Virus record (IMG/VR): IMGVR_UViG_3300017728_002360
Source: a virus
Length of the DNA: 64,000 nt
Strand: one strand, 5' to 3'
The notes under the pieces were generated by a model, which saw only the letters and a list, made by a program, of their open reading frames with translations, had not been told where the DNA came from and searched no databases. Positions 27,794-36,254 of this stretch are shown here, piece by piece; the stretch's first letter is position 1, and each line of letters opens with the position of its first letter. The position numbers and the translations under genes were made by a program.

Positions 27794-28674
27794 TACCTAC
27801 CTAGTACTCTATCACTGTTTACATAAACAGTTTTAAAGAATTTACTTTGCTCCTCATCTAGTGCAACTTTACTTATAGGTAATCCTTGCTCTTGTAATAC
27901 TTCGCCATACTCGGCAATCATTTGTTCTACAGGATAGTCTTTAATCTCGTTCCAATATTCATTAAGCCATTTAAAATCTCTTGTTACAGAATGATCCCAA
28001 TCGGTTGCTAATATCTTTTGACAACCATCTCTAGCACCCATGATAGCATATAGTCCGTTGTCAACATCTGCACCAACATTTAACCAAACAAGTAATCTAT
28101 GATAATTTTGCCACCAAGTATTGTTTGCAAGATCCTGTACCTTTGCACCTCTGTTTAGTGACATCTTAACACCTTCTCTGAAACCTGCTCTCCAAGCCTG
28201 ATGTGGTGTTGAACTAATAATGCTTGTTGAATAGTTTTGATTAAGCTGATAGTAGTTGTCAAAGTAACAAAACTCTATCTGTGTATCGTCTGACCCGTCT
28301 GTGTTTTCGTGTGTTTTCATATTTCTAACAAAGTCTTTAGTCCACATCTTTAGACTTCCGTTGCCGTATTTTAATCCGTTGATGTCAATGTTACCACACC
28401 AACTAAACTGATAGTCATCATCTACACCTAGTTCGTCTAGATCAAGTACTACGTCTAAAAACTTTTGATCAATTATTGTGTCGCCGTCTACAGTAACAAA
28501 GTGTTTAGTTTCTGATTGCTCTGCACAGACTTTGTGTGCCGCATCTGAACCGTCTACACCGTGTACACGTTTTGCCCAGGGCACCTTCTTACACAGATCA
28601 ACATAATTTTTTTCTGCATTAGGTTCATCATAACTTAAGAATATGATATCTTGTTCAGCAATATTAATTTTCAT
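27793..28674 (-). CDS. GT-A-fold glycosyltransferase-like protein
   Basis: 'FLSYDEP', 'RVHGVDG..AH', DxD 'TVDGD', 'YGNGSLK', 'WRAGFREG'. Paralogue of 19434-20129. Confidence 0.62.
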   Translation of the reverse strand: MKINIAEQDIIFLSYDEPNAEKNYVDLCKKVPWAKRVHGVDGSDAAHKVCAEQSETKHFVTVDGDTIIDQKFLDVVLDLDELGVDDDYQFSWCGNIDINGLKYGNGSLKMWTKDFVRNMKTHENTDGSDDTQIEFCYFDNYYQLNQNYSTSIISSTPHQAWRAGFREGVKMSLNRGAKVQDLANNTWWQNYHRLLVWLNVGADVDNGLYAIMGARDGCQKILATDWDHSVTRDFKWLNEYWNEIKDYPVEQMIAEYGEVLQEQGLPISKVALDEEQSKFFKTVYVNSDRVLGR

Positions 28675-29305
28675 TCTTTATCCTTAGTTCAACCCTACGC
28701 AAATCACTCACTGGATTACAAGCAGGAATACGACCATAGTATCTATAATAGTTAATTAGCATCTGCATTTCAGCTTCTTTTACAAGACTGTTGTGCATTG
28801 GCAAGTATGCTTGATATACGTTATCAATGTATTCCTTACCTATCTTTTCCTTAAATGCAGTACCACAACCATATGGTGATAACCTATCGTTACGTACTGT
28901 ACCTTTAAAATCTGTGCGTCTACCTAGCATACAGTTTCTAGTTGTTGCTCTGCTTTCGCCAATGTATATTACACCTGGTTGTAAAATGTCTGCTACTTCG
29001 GGAGCTGAATCCTTAAACATTCCATACATATAACAGCCGGCATCTTTTTTATCAAACCCCCAACTAGCGTCATACTTCTCATCAATATGATGCCATGTTG
29101 TAAACTTGTCAAACTTTGGCATACCTAGTTTGTAAGATTGTGTTGTAAGATATTCTTTTCCACCATGCTCTAACACCTTTTTCATAGTGTATGCAAAGTC
29201 TTCCAAGTTATCTATTTTATCAAATATCTTTACAAGCTGATCCTGTTTAAGACCATGCCCACCAGAACCTTTTACAATGTTTTCTGCTAATATTTTTGAC
29301 TTCAT
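28664..29305 (-). CDS. GIY-YIG nuclease-domain protein
   Basis: 'GCY..(spacer)..VIYIGES..GR..EAE..PACN' reproduces the GIY / YIG / R / E / N catalytic set. Confidence 0.6.
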   Translation of the reverse strand: MKSKILAENIVKGSGGHGLKQDQLVKIFDKIDNLEDFAYTMKKVLEHGGKEYLTTQSYKLGMPKFDKFTTWHHIDEKYDASWGFDKKDAGCYMYGMFKDSAPEVADILQPGVIYIGESRATTRNCMLGRRTDFKGTVRNDRLSPYGCGTAFKEKIGKEYIDNVYQAYLPMHNSLVKEAEMQMLINYYRYYGRIPACNPVSDLRRVELRIKNEN

Positions 29306-29889
29306 TCTATAACCTCATATTTGTAACTGTCGAACTTCTTTATAGTATACACTGAAATCGGCTTGTTGTCAAACTCAAATTGTTCGCTAAATGGTAAAAC
29401 AATGTATTTTCCACCTATAAGTTTGTCAAACGTAAATTGTAGTGTTTTATAAAGAATGTTTGGATCGTCTTTCTTGGTTATACTAAATGATAAATGTCCA
29501 TTTGTCAAGCTAATTTTTTGTGCTAAAATGTTCATTTCTAAATCGCCACCTATTGTTATCTTCCAGCAGGTATCTTTTACATTTTTAGTAACTGTTATAT
29601 CCGCATTGTTTCCTGTTGTTGGTAGCTCGTATATTAAGTCGTCAACAAAGTAACTGTCTATGTCATGATTGCTACGTTGCCTTAGTTCGTATGTATTAGC
29701 TCTTTTAATATAGTGTACATAATAGAAGTGCATACTTTCTCTGCCTTCGATTATACCCTTTACTTCCTCGTCTGCTACAGGAATAAAACTTCCTTCAGTG
29801 GGTTTGATGTTTGGCAATGACAGTAGTTCTCCTGTTGTAGGATCAAATACTGCATAACGTTCATTGACTACTGTAATACCTAGTTGCAT
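29302..29889 (-). CDS. hypothetical protein
   Basis: 195-aa ORF overlapping both neighbours; no recognisable motif. Confidence 0.6.
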   Translation of the reverse strand: MQLGITVVNERYAVFDPTTGELLSLPNIKPTEGSFIPVADEEVKGIIEGRESMHFYYVHYIKRANTYELRQRSNHDIDSYFVDDLIYELPTTGNNADITVTKNVKDTCWKITIGGDLEMNILAQKISLTNGHLSFSITKKDDPNILYKTLQFTFDKLIGGKYIVLPFSEQFEFDNKPISVYTIKKFDSYKYEVIE

Positions 29890-30821
29890 CTAAAGTCCTT
29901 TACAGTTTGTACAAAGTTTCTAACATTTTCTACAGGAGTTTCTTTGTTAACTCCGTGTGCTAGATTAACTATGTAAGGTTTGTCTTTCATTTTTTCTAAC
30001 ATTGATGTAGGATTAGCATCAGCAAGTAATTCACTAATGGGTATGCCTCCTTGTAAAACAACGTTAGTAGATACTTCTTCTACAGGTATGTCATCACTTA
30101 AATTGATGCAGTCAGGATTTACTATTTTTGCAAAGTCATTTATATTTTTACCTATCAGCCTTGGAAAAGCAATTATGCTAACTTCAGGGTATATCTTTCT
30201 TATAGCTTCTACTATTTTTGCTGTTGGAGAATAACATAGTTTATCTAGTTCTTGTTCTGTTAGATCTCCTGCCCAACTATCAAATATCTGTACTGTGTCG
30301 CACCCTGCTTCTATTTGGTGTACTAGGTGTTCAATTATGTAAGGAACTAATCCTTCTATAACTTTTTGATCTTTGTTACCACACATATACTTACAAAGTG
30401 TATAAGGTGCTCCAACAAATCCTATCAAGCTCTTGTTACTATCTAGTTCTTGCCTAGTTTGTTTGATTGCATCATACACAGGTTGACATCTTTCTATAAA
30501 AAGAAACCTATCCGTGTTTAGCATATCTTCATTATAAGGTCCTAGCTTTGGTGCAGGATTATAATCTAGTTCTTGTCCGAGTGCATAAGGAATAACAAGT
30601 ATGTCAGAAAAAATTATTGCCGCATCCATATCAAATGCTTTGATGGGTTGCATTGTTATCTCTGTTGCCTTGCTTGGTGTAAGTGCCATATCCAAGAATC
30701 CGTTACTAGCTTCTTTGATTGCCATGTACTCAGGCATATATCTTCCAGCCTGACGCATTAACCACACAGGGTATAAGTTTGTTTCCTTATCTTTAATAGT
30801 TCTTTGTAATATAGTTTTCAT
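29880..30821 (-). CDS. hemE: uroporphyrinogen decarboxylase
   Basis: Signature 'PVWLMRQAGRYMPEY', 'DAAIIFSDIL', 'GFVGAPYTL', 'QIFDSW', 'NLAHG'. Confidence 0.95.
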   Translation of the reverse strand: MKTILQRTIKDKETNLYPVWLMRQAGRYMPEYMAIKEASNGFLDMALTPSKATEITMQPIKAFDMDAAIIFSDILVIPYALGQELDYNPAPKLGPYNEDMLNTDRFLFIERCQPVYDAIKQTRQELDSNKSLIGFVGAPYTLCKYMCGNKDQKVIEGLVPYIIEHLVHQIEAGCDTVQIFDSWAGDLTEQELDKLCYSPTAKIVEAIRKIYPEVSIIAFPRLIGKNINDFAKIVNPDCINLSDDIPVEEVSTNVVLQGGIPISELLADANPTSMLEKMKDKPYIVNLAHGVNKETPVENVRNFVQTVKDFRCN

Positions 30822-31635
30822 ATTTTTTAATTTTCTCTTCGGTTAAGAACTCTTTTTCTGTGTAATGAAAGATTCCTGATTGTAAATGATTACCTATCTT
30901 TAGTGTTAGGTCATCTGTAAGATATGATCCTACTCTGCTACGCCAAGTAGCACTACCGTTTCTCCAACCTTGTATGTGTGGCTTCATGTGTGTAAACGTA
31001 GGAAACTTAACACGTTTATTTGTAATCTTATCTTCACAGTCTAGTATCTTTGTTACTATAGCTGTGCTTGTATCCACACTTAAAAACTTTTGATATTGTT
31101 CCTTTGCATACTTTCCGTAAAACATCTGCCAGTTATTCATTACAATTTCTAGCAACGTATAAAATTCTTTTGCAAAATTACATTTTTTAAAGTAATGGAA
31201 TCCTGCATATACATTAGGAAGGTTATTTGCTTTGTATGTTTTTCTATAATGGTTGTCTATTACCTTTTCACCTCTATATGTATAAACATTTGAGGTATAG
31301 AACACTTCATAGTTTTCTAAAAACTTCCACCATGTGTCTATGTTCTGCAATACTAACATATCGGTATCCAACACAATAGTTCTATCATAAGGACTTGCAT
31401 GGTATAACTTCCAACGGTTGTCTACCTTCCAATCATTGTCCTTTGCATCATCTAACCAAGGTATGGGTTTGATAACATCAAACAATTTTTCATACCTAGA
31501 TGGCACTTTATCGTTGGTTATTAAACAAATGTTGGCGTCATTAGTAGCTTTAATACTCATAGCTAACACACACGCCTGCTGTACGTAATCGTATTCGCTG
31601 TTTTGTGCTATTAATACGAATCCTTTACTAGGCAC
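30793..31635 (-). CDS. GT-A glycosyltransferase (GT8/mannosyltransferase-like)
   Basis: 'YVQQACVLAMSIK', 'SPYDRTIVLDTDML' (DxD), 'HMK', 'FHY'. Confidence 0.68.
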   Translation of the reverse strand: MPSKGFVLIAQNSEYDYVQQACVLAMSIKATNDANICLITNDKVPSRYEKLFDVIKPIPWLDDAKDNDWKVDNRWKLYHASPYDRTIVLDTDMLVLQNIDTWWKFLENYEVFYTSNVYTYRGEKVIDNHYRKTYKANNLPNVYAGFHYFKKCNFAKEFYTLLEIVMNNWQMFYGKYAKEQYQKFLSVDTSTAIVTKILDCEDKITNKRVKFPTFTHMKPHIQGWRNGSATWRSRVGSYLTDDLTLKIGNHLQSGIFHYTEKEFLTEEKIKKYENYITKNY

Positions 31636-31816
31636 TTTTGCTCCCTACTGGTTTACACACATATTCTACTGTGTCCCATTCACCATCTTGTGGTATTTCT
31701 TTGTATAATATAAGCATTGTATTACATTCTTTTTCATCTTTGAACCACTGTACGTCTTGTGTTTTGCAATCACTACCTAAACATACAGTAAGTAGTATAT
31801 GCCAAATGAATTCCAT
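31628..31816 (-). CDS. small exported Cys-containing protein
   Basis: 62 aa, hydrophobic N-terminus, four Cys. It fills the gap exactly, with start/stop overlaps on both sides. Confidence 0.6.
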   Translation of the reverse strand: MEFIWHILLTVCLGSDCKTQDVQWFKDEKECNTMLILYKEIPQDGEWDTVEYVCKPVGSKSA

Positions 31817-32589
31817 TACAGTACTCCTCTTATTTTTACAATGTCGCCTATAATTTTTTCAAAGTCTTCAATCCTAACCATGTTAGGTCCGTCACTAGGT
31901 GCATTGTCTGGATCATTATGAACCTCCATAAAGAAACTATCTATTCCTAATGCCGCTCCGGCTCTTGATAAACCTGGAACGTATGCTCTGTTACCCCCAC
32001 TACTGTCTCCTTTGCCTCCTGGCTTTTGAACAGAGTGCGTAACATCATATACTATTGGTACATCAAAATTATCTAACATATATTGTAGTCCTGTAAAGTC
32101 AGACACTAATGTATTATAACCAAAACTAGTTCCTCTTTCAGTTATCCATACTTCGTTTGCACCGTTTGTTTTACTTAATATGCCCTTGACATCCCATGGT
32201 GCTAGGAATTGTCCTTTCTTGATGTTAACAATCTTTCCTGTTTTACAAGCCGCCTTGATTAAATCTGTTTGCCTACACAAGAAAGCAGGTATTTGTAAAA
32301 CGTCTACAGCTTCGTTGTAGTATGCCGCAATTTTTAATACTTCGTTTTGGGTATGCACGTCAGTTAAAGTTTTTATACCAAGGTCATTTTTAAGAACTAT
32401 AAAGTCTTCCATGGTAGTTGCAAGGCCAACACCCCTTGTACCATCAGCTGAAGTCCTATTTGCTTTGTCAAAACTTGCTTTGAAGTAATATTCTATCTCG
32501 TGTTTATCACATACACGTTTACATTCTTTTGCAATCATCAAACTGTCAGTAAGTGTTTCATGTTGACAAGGACCTGCAATTATTCTCAT
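31816..32589 (-). CDS. kdsA: 3-deoxy-D-manno-octulosonate 8-phosphate (KDO8P) synthase, metal-dependent type
   Basis: 'IAGPC', 'KASFDKANRTS', 'QIPAFLCRQTDL', 'NIKKGQF', 'ERGTSFGY', 'DVTHSVQ', 'FMEVH', 'PSDG'. Confidence 0.96.
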   Translation of the reverse strand: MRIIAGPCQHETLTDSLMIAKECKRVCDKHEIEYYFKASFDKANRTSADGTRGVGLATTMEDFIVLKNDLGIKTLTDVHTQNEVLKIAAYYNEAVDVLQIPAFLCRQTDLIKAACKTGKIVNIKKGQFLAPWDVKGILSKTNGANEVWITERGTSFGYNTLVSDFTGLQYMLDNFDVPIVYDVTHSVQKPGGKGDSSGGNRAYVPGLSRAGAALGIDSFFMEVHNDPDNAPSDGPNMVRIEDFEKIIGDIVKIRGVL

Positions 32590-33449
32590 TACACTACTCC
32601 TCTATCTATAATTCTGTTAAGGCTAAACTTGTTCATAACGTGAATGTTACTGCCTTTGATACGCAATGGTGTATATTCTCCTAGGTGATTCTCTTTTTCT
32701 AGTAAGAATAAAAAATTATCCTGGTCAAGTTCCCACAAAATATCTCTATCTGCTGTGTAATACTTTGTACCTGGTAACTTATGTGCAAAGTCTCCTTCTT
32801 GGTAACCATTCATTATGTGTATTGCTACACTAAACACATGGTCGTTACGGAAAAGACCTCTGTTTACTTGAAAGATGCTGTTATAGTGGTCCCAGTTTTC
32901 TTGTATGTGCTTTGTTAGTTCAAAGAATACCTTGTTCTCTTCTGACTTTCTAAAGAATATAACAGTAGCCCAATAAAAGTCTATGCTACTATCACTAATC
33001 TTTTCAAACTCAGCAGTATCTCTCCAGGCTGTTAGGTCTTTTGCATTTTTAAATATTAGAAAATTGTGATCTTGTTCAAAGCAATTTTTAAATAAGCTAT
33101 TTGCTATAATATAATCACTGTCTAGTAGTATTGTTTCGTCATATGGTGTTAGTTCATATGACTGTGTGCGTAGGTCATTCTTAAATTGTAAGTGCTTTGC
33201 TACTCCCGACCCATCAAAATATCTTTTAGTAGTCGAATTGTTTGTGAAAGGCACTTCAATGACTTTATCAAAAACTTCTTCATAGTCCTTGTACGTTTCC
33301 TTTAGGTAATCTACACTATCCGTAACTATGCTAGTTGGTATATCTAAATATTTTCTTATTCTTTTAGCTGAATAGTGAGCTTGTTTTATGTAATCAATCT
33401 GTGCATTGTTACGTGCAAAGATTAATGCACCTTTAGTCTTCTTTGTCAT
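32589..33449 (-). CDS. GT-A glycosyltransferase (GT8/mannosyltransferase-like)
   Basis: 'TPYDETILLDSDY' (DxD), 'WATVIFF', 'RND', 'HVMNK'. Distant paralogue of 30793-31635. Confidence 0.65.
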   Translation of the reverse strand: MTKKTKGALIFARNNAQIDYIKQAHYSAKRIRKYLDIPTSIVTDSVDYLKETYKDYEEVFDKVIEVPFTNNSTTKRYFDGSGVAKHLQFKNDLRTQSYELTPYDETILLDSDYIIANSLFKNCFEQDHNFLIFKNAKDLTAWRDTAEFEKISDSSIDFYWATVIFFRKSEENKVFFELTKHIQENWDHYNSIFQVNRGLFRNDHVFSVAIHIMNGYQEGDFAHKLPGTKYYTADRDILWELDQDNFLFLLEKENHLGEYTPLRIKGSNIHVMNKFSLNRIIDRGVV

Positions 33450-33792
33450 AATCTACTAATCCCGAAACCTTGCGTTTAGCTCTTAGCTTTTGGTATTCTG
33501 TTTCGTATTCGTTAGTAGATGTAAAATAAACGTCACTAATATTATCGTAGAATTCATGAAGCTGTTCTATTCTTATTGGAGTGTCATTATCGTCTACAAT
33601 AACAACGTTTGAGTCATCGTTATCACACAGAATTTTTACAAAAGTCAATAGTTCTTGTGTAACAGAAAATTGTCCACCATTAAAATAGTAAATTCTGCTT
33701 TCAAGAAACTTCTCTTTTAACACTCTTTTTTGGTTATTAAGAGTCACCATATAATTAGAAAAGTCTAAGGCTTTTTTTAATCTTTCATCCAT
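33433..33792 (-). CDS. hypothetical protein (first gene of the GT/KdsA/HemE operon)
   Basis: 119-aa ORF downstream of a TAAATA motif; function unknown. Confidence 0.6.
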   Translation of the reverse strand: MDERLKKALDFSNYMVTLNNQKRVLKEKFLESRIYYFNGGQFSVTQELLTFVKILCDNDDSNVVIVDDNDTPIRIEQLHEFYDNISDVYFTSTNEYETEYQKLRAKRKVSGLVDYDKED

Positions 33793-33816
33793 AATAGTAA
33801 TCCGTAGTTGTACTAC

Positions 33817-33822
33817 TATTTA
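33817..33822 (-). promoter_or_regulatory. late-promoter-like TAAATA
   Basis: Lies in the 47-nt gap between the structural block and the enzyme block, 24 nt upstream of ATG 33792. Confidence 0.55.
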
Positions 33823-33839
33823 GATAAATTTTTAGTGGA

Positions 33840-34730
33840 CTATGTTAAGTTTGAACCAGCGTCTGTGCTGTGTGTTGGTGTAGGAAGCTCAACGTATGTC
33901 CCTGTAGGACGTAATTGAGTAATTGTGCTGTTTAAAGTACCTAGTACATCTTCATCGTAGTTTGGATTACCAGTGTTTGCGTCATTCCATTCTGCTTGGA
34001 ATTGGACTTGAGTAGTACCAACCAATTTAGCTTTTAATGTATAGTTGTTGGCCGCATATAAACCAGTACCTGATTTAGTAAACAATGTCTGGAAAGCTGT
34101 TGTAAGATCATGAAATCCTACTGTTGAACCTGATCCTGATCCTGTTGAGCTAGTTGATGTGTACCCCATCTTAATAGTTCCCATGTTAACAAGCATACCC
34201 ATCCAGTCAATAGTTTTTGCACTAGAGCCTAAGTATGTAATGTTACTTGCAAAACGGATTTCTCCACCTGCATTAAAAAACTGTCTTCTATGATCAGATG
34301 TGCTAAACGTTACGTTTAGTAAATGTATTAATGTACCATTCCAGTTTGATGTATAAGTTGCGGAAGTTGTTGCTTCTGCTGTTGCCTGAGAGGCGTGTAT
34401 TTGAAACTTTTCGTTCTCTAAGGTAGTTGTTAAATTTTCAAACTGTGCAACACCCTTCTTATTAATAGTGTCGCTGTCTAAAATAGTATCTGTTGAACTG
34501 ATAACTGCTATTTGACTTGGTGCTGTACCTGTTTGGTGTACTCTACCATTAGCAATATCTGTGTAAAGTGTTGACATATGAGTTGCATTGATTACATCTG
34601 ATGCACCTACTTGGCTTGAATTCAGCGACTGTCCGTATCCGTCATCGCCGGAACCTGTTCCCATAATAGTTGCTACTCTTGATTGCAAGTTGTTATACCT
34701 TGCCGCTGTAATAATATCGCCGATTGCCAT
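33840..34730 (-). CDS. virion structural protein (tail/baseplate-associated)
   Basis: Thr/Ser/Gly-rich, beta-strand-rich composition; 'GYGQ' and 'FFNAGGEIRF' motifs; downstream of the fibre genes. Confidence 0.6.
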   Translation of the reverse strand: MAIGDIITAARYNNLQSRVATIMGTGSGDDGYGQSLNSSQVGASDVINATHMSTLYTDIANGRVHQTGTAPSQIAVISSTDTILDSDTINKKGVAQFENLTTTLENEKFQIHASQATAEATTSATYTSNWNGTLIHLLNVTFSTSDHRRQFFNAGGEIRFASNITYLGSSAKTIDWMGMLVNMGTIKMGYTSTSSTGSGSGSTVGFHDLTTAFQTLFTKSGTGLYAANNYTLKAKLVGTTQVQFQAEWNDANTGNPNYDEDVLGTLNSTITQLRPTGTYVELPTPTHSTDAGSNLT

Positions 34731-34735
34731 TTAAT

Positions 34736-36223
34736 TTATACCTTTAAAAATACTTCTACTAGTTTTTCGCCGTCTTTGTCATCATTTTCTAGTGCAATAC
34801 CAATCATTGTACCGTGTCTATTATCTTGATTACCTATTCCGTCCATTGCTGTGTAAATAGGCTCACCTTTAACAATAAGTCCTTCAACTCTAACTGGCAC
34901 TCTACCTTTAAGTGCAACTGCTTGACCGTCTGCTTCTGCATTCATCAAGTAAGCTGGTTTCTCAGATATAACTCCGCATGGTATTTCACCTTCACCGCAA
35001 GCCTCCATCTCAGCATCAATGCTTTCTTCTTGATCAGCTTTGACTACTGTCATAATAGTACCTACTGGATACTCTTCTTTAGTTGTGTATTTCTCTGCCA
35101 AGTCAGCGTATTGTGCCTGTGTAGCTGTACCTGTAAATAAGTTTGCTACCAAGTTACCTGAACCATCTCTAACTGCTACTGTATCATTAGTTGCCGCTGT
35201 TGATCCTGAACGGTAATTTGATCCAACTGCTAATGTTGAAGCCTGTGTTGCCAGTCCTGCAAATGAAGTTGCGTAAACTGTTGCAAATTTATTACCAGAC
35301 TTACCTATGTTATAGGTATTATCTGCACCTGGGTGCATACCAGTTGATTCAATCGCTAACGGTTGTGCAACTGTTCCTACTGAATCATCAACTTTAATTT
35401 TAATTACTGTACCTACGTCGTTTTGTATAACACCTTCGTTATCATTTTCAACGTAAATTTTAAGATCGTTGGAATCACCAATTGAAATACCAGCATCTGC
35501 AAAGTTAACAAGTGAAGTAAATGATCCTGATCCTGCTAATGCAAAATCTGAAGCAGTATATCCACCAAGTTTTAATGAGTTACTTGCTGTACCCCAGTAG
35601 TAATCTGTAGTACTTGTAACACCGCCTGTTGCGTTTTGTGTATTTCTTAGGGTTATTCCTTTTTTAACAACGTCAAATCCTGTAACTGCGTTAGTTGGAT
35701 CTGTACTATCAATAGTAAATGAAACTGCACTAATCATATAAATGACTTCGTCGTTAACAATGGCTTGAATGACTAGTCTATTTGTGCTTGTTGTATCTCT
35801 TATAGTTACAGTTTTCATCTGTGTTACACTAGTACCTGAACCTTGTGGTCCAACTAATACGTAACCAGTTCCGTTGTATGCGTATAATTGTTCGTTTGTG
35901 CTATCCCACCATAAATCACCAGTAGCTAAACCAGCCGGTTGTGTTGCACTTACTTCTGCTCCACCTGTTGTTCTAAACTTAGAACCATCATAAAATTTAA
36001 GTTTAGATGCTGTAGCATCAAACCAAACTTGTCCTGAAATCGCTTTAGGTGGTTGTGAAGTTCCGCTAAAGTTTTCTAGCAGATGTAAAAAATTCTCGTT
36101 TTGTATTTCACCGTATCCAGCGTAGTTTTTACCTACTAACTTAATATCGGTAGTTTGGTCAACAGTTCCGTCTTCGACTGTTGTCAAAGTAACGCCACTG
36201 TATCTATCTATAGTATATGCCAT
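34736..36223 (-). CDS. tail fibre/spike with C-terminal intramolecular-chaperone-like domain
   Basis: Shared N-terminus 'LVGKNYAGYGE..NENFLHLLENF..GQVWFD'. C-terminal 'AQYADLAEKY..VALKGRVPV' resembles the peptidase_G2/IMC autocleavage chaperone. Confidence 0.7.
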   Translation of the reverse strand: MAYTIDRYSGVTLTTVEDGTVDQTTDIKLVGKNYAGYGEIQNENFLHLLENFSGTSQPPKAISGQVWFDATASKLKFYDGSKFRTTGGAEVSATQPAGLATGDLWWDSTNEQLYAYNGTGYVLVGPQGSGTSVTQMKTVTIRDTTSTNRLVIQAIVNDEVIYMISAVSFTIDSTDPTNAVTGFDVVKKGITLRNTQNATGGVTSTTDYYWGTASNSLKLGGYTASDFALAGSGSFTSLVNFADAGISIGDSNDLKIYVENDNEGVIQNDVGTVIKIKVDDSVGTVAQPLAIESTGMHPGADNTYNIGKSGNKFATVYATSFAGLATQASTLAVGSNYRSGSTAATNDTVAVRDGSGNLVANLFTGTATQAQYADLAEKYTTKEEYPVGTIMTVVKADQEESIDAEMEACGEGEIPCGVISEKPAYLMNAEADGQAVALKGRVPVRVEGLIVKGEPIYTAMDGIGNQDNRHGTMIGIALENDDKDGEKLVEVFLKV

Positions 36224-36244
36224 TGTTATAAACCCCTATAATGT

Positions 36245-36250
36245 TATTTA
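36245..36250 (-). promoter_or_regulatory. late-promoter-like TAAATA
   Basis: TAAATA..AGGGG..ATG upstream of 36223. Confidence 0.55.
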
Positions 36251-36254
36251 TCTT

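Noticed and set aside
177-33792. Cluster as a RiPP (sactipeptide/ranthipeptide) locus because of the many SPASM-like rSAMs
   Set aside because: No RRE/PqqD domain, peptidase, transporter or convincing precursor was seen, and the companion enzymes are sugar-directed. Not fully excluded.
177-33792. Cluster as a DNA hypermodification locus
   Set aside because: No recognisable TET/JBP, dNMP hydroxymethylase, DNA alpha/beta-glucosyltransferase, deazaguanine or replication genes. The late-type promoters and structural context argue against it. Kept only as an alternative to test.
177-33792. Bacterial capsule/LPS island or host contamination of the assembly
   Set aside because: No Wzx/Wzy/Wzz or ABC export genes. 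Composition, tight overlaps and TAAATA motifs match the phage structural half, and phage fibre-like genes flank both sides.
33793-33820. 7-bp inverted repeat AATAGTA/TACTATT overlapping the promoter and the region before the ATG (T4-style RBS-occluding hairpin)
   Set aside because: The stem is almost all A/T with a 14-nt loop; too weak to support and not repeated at the other promoters.
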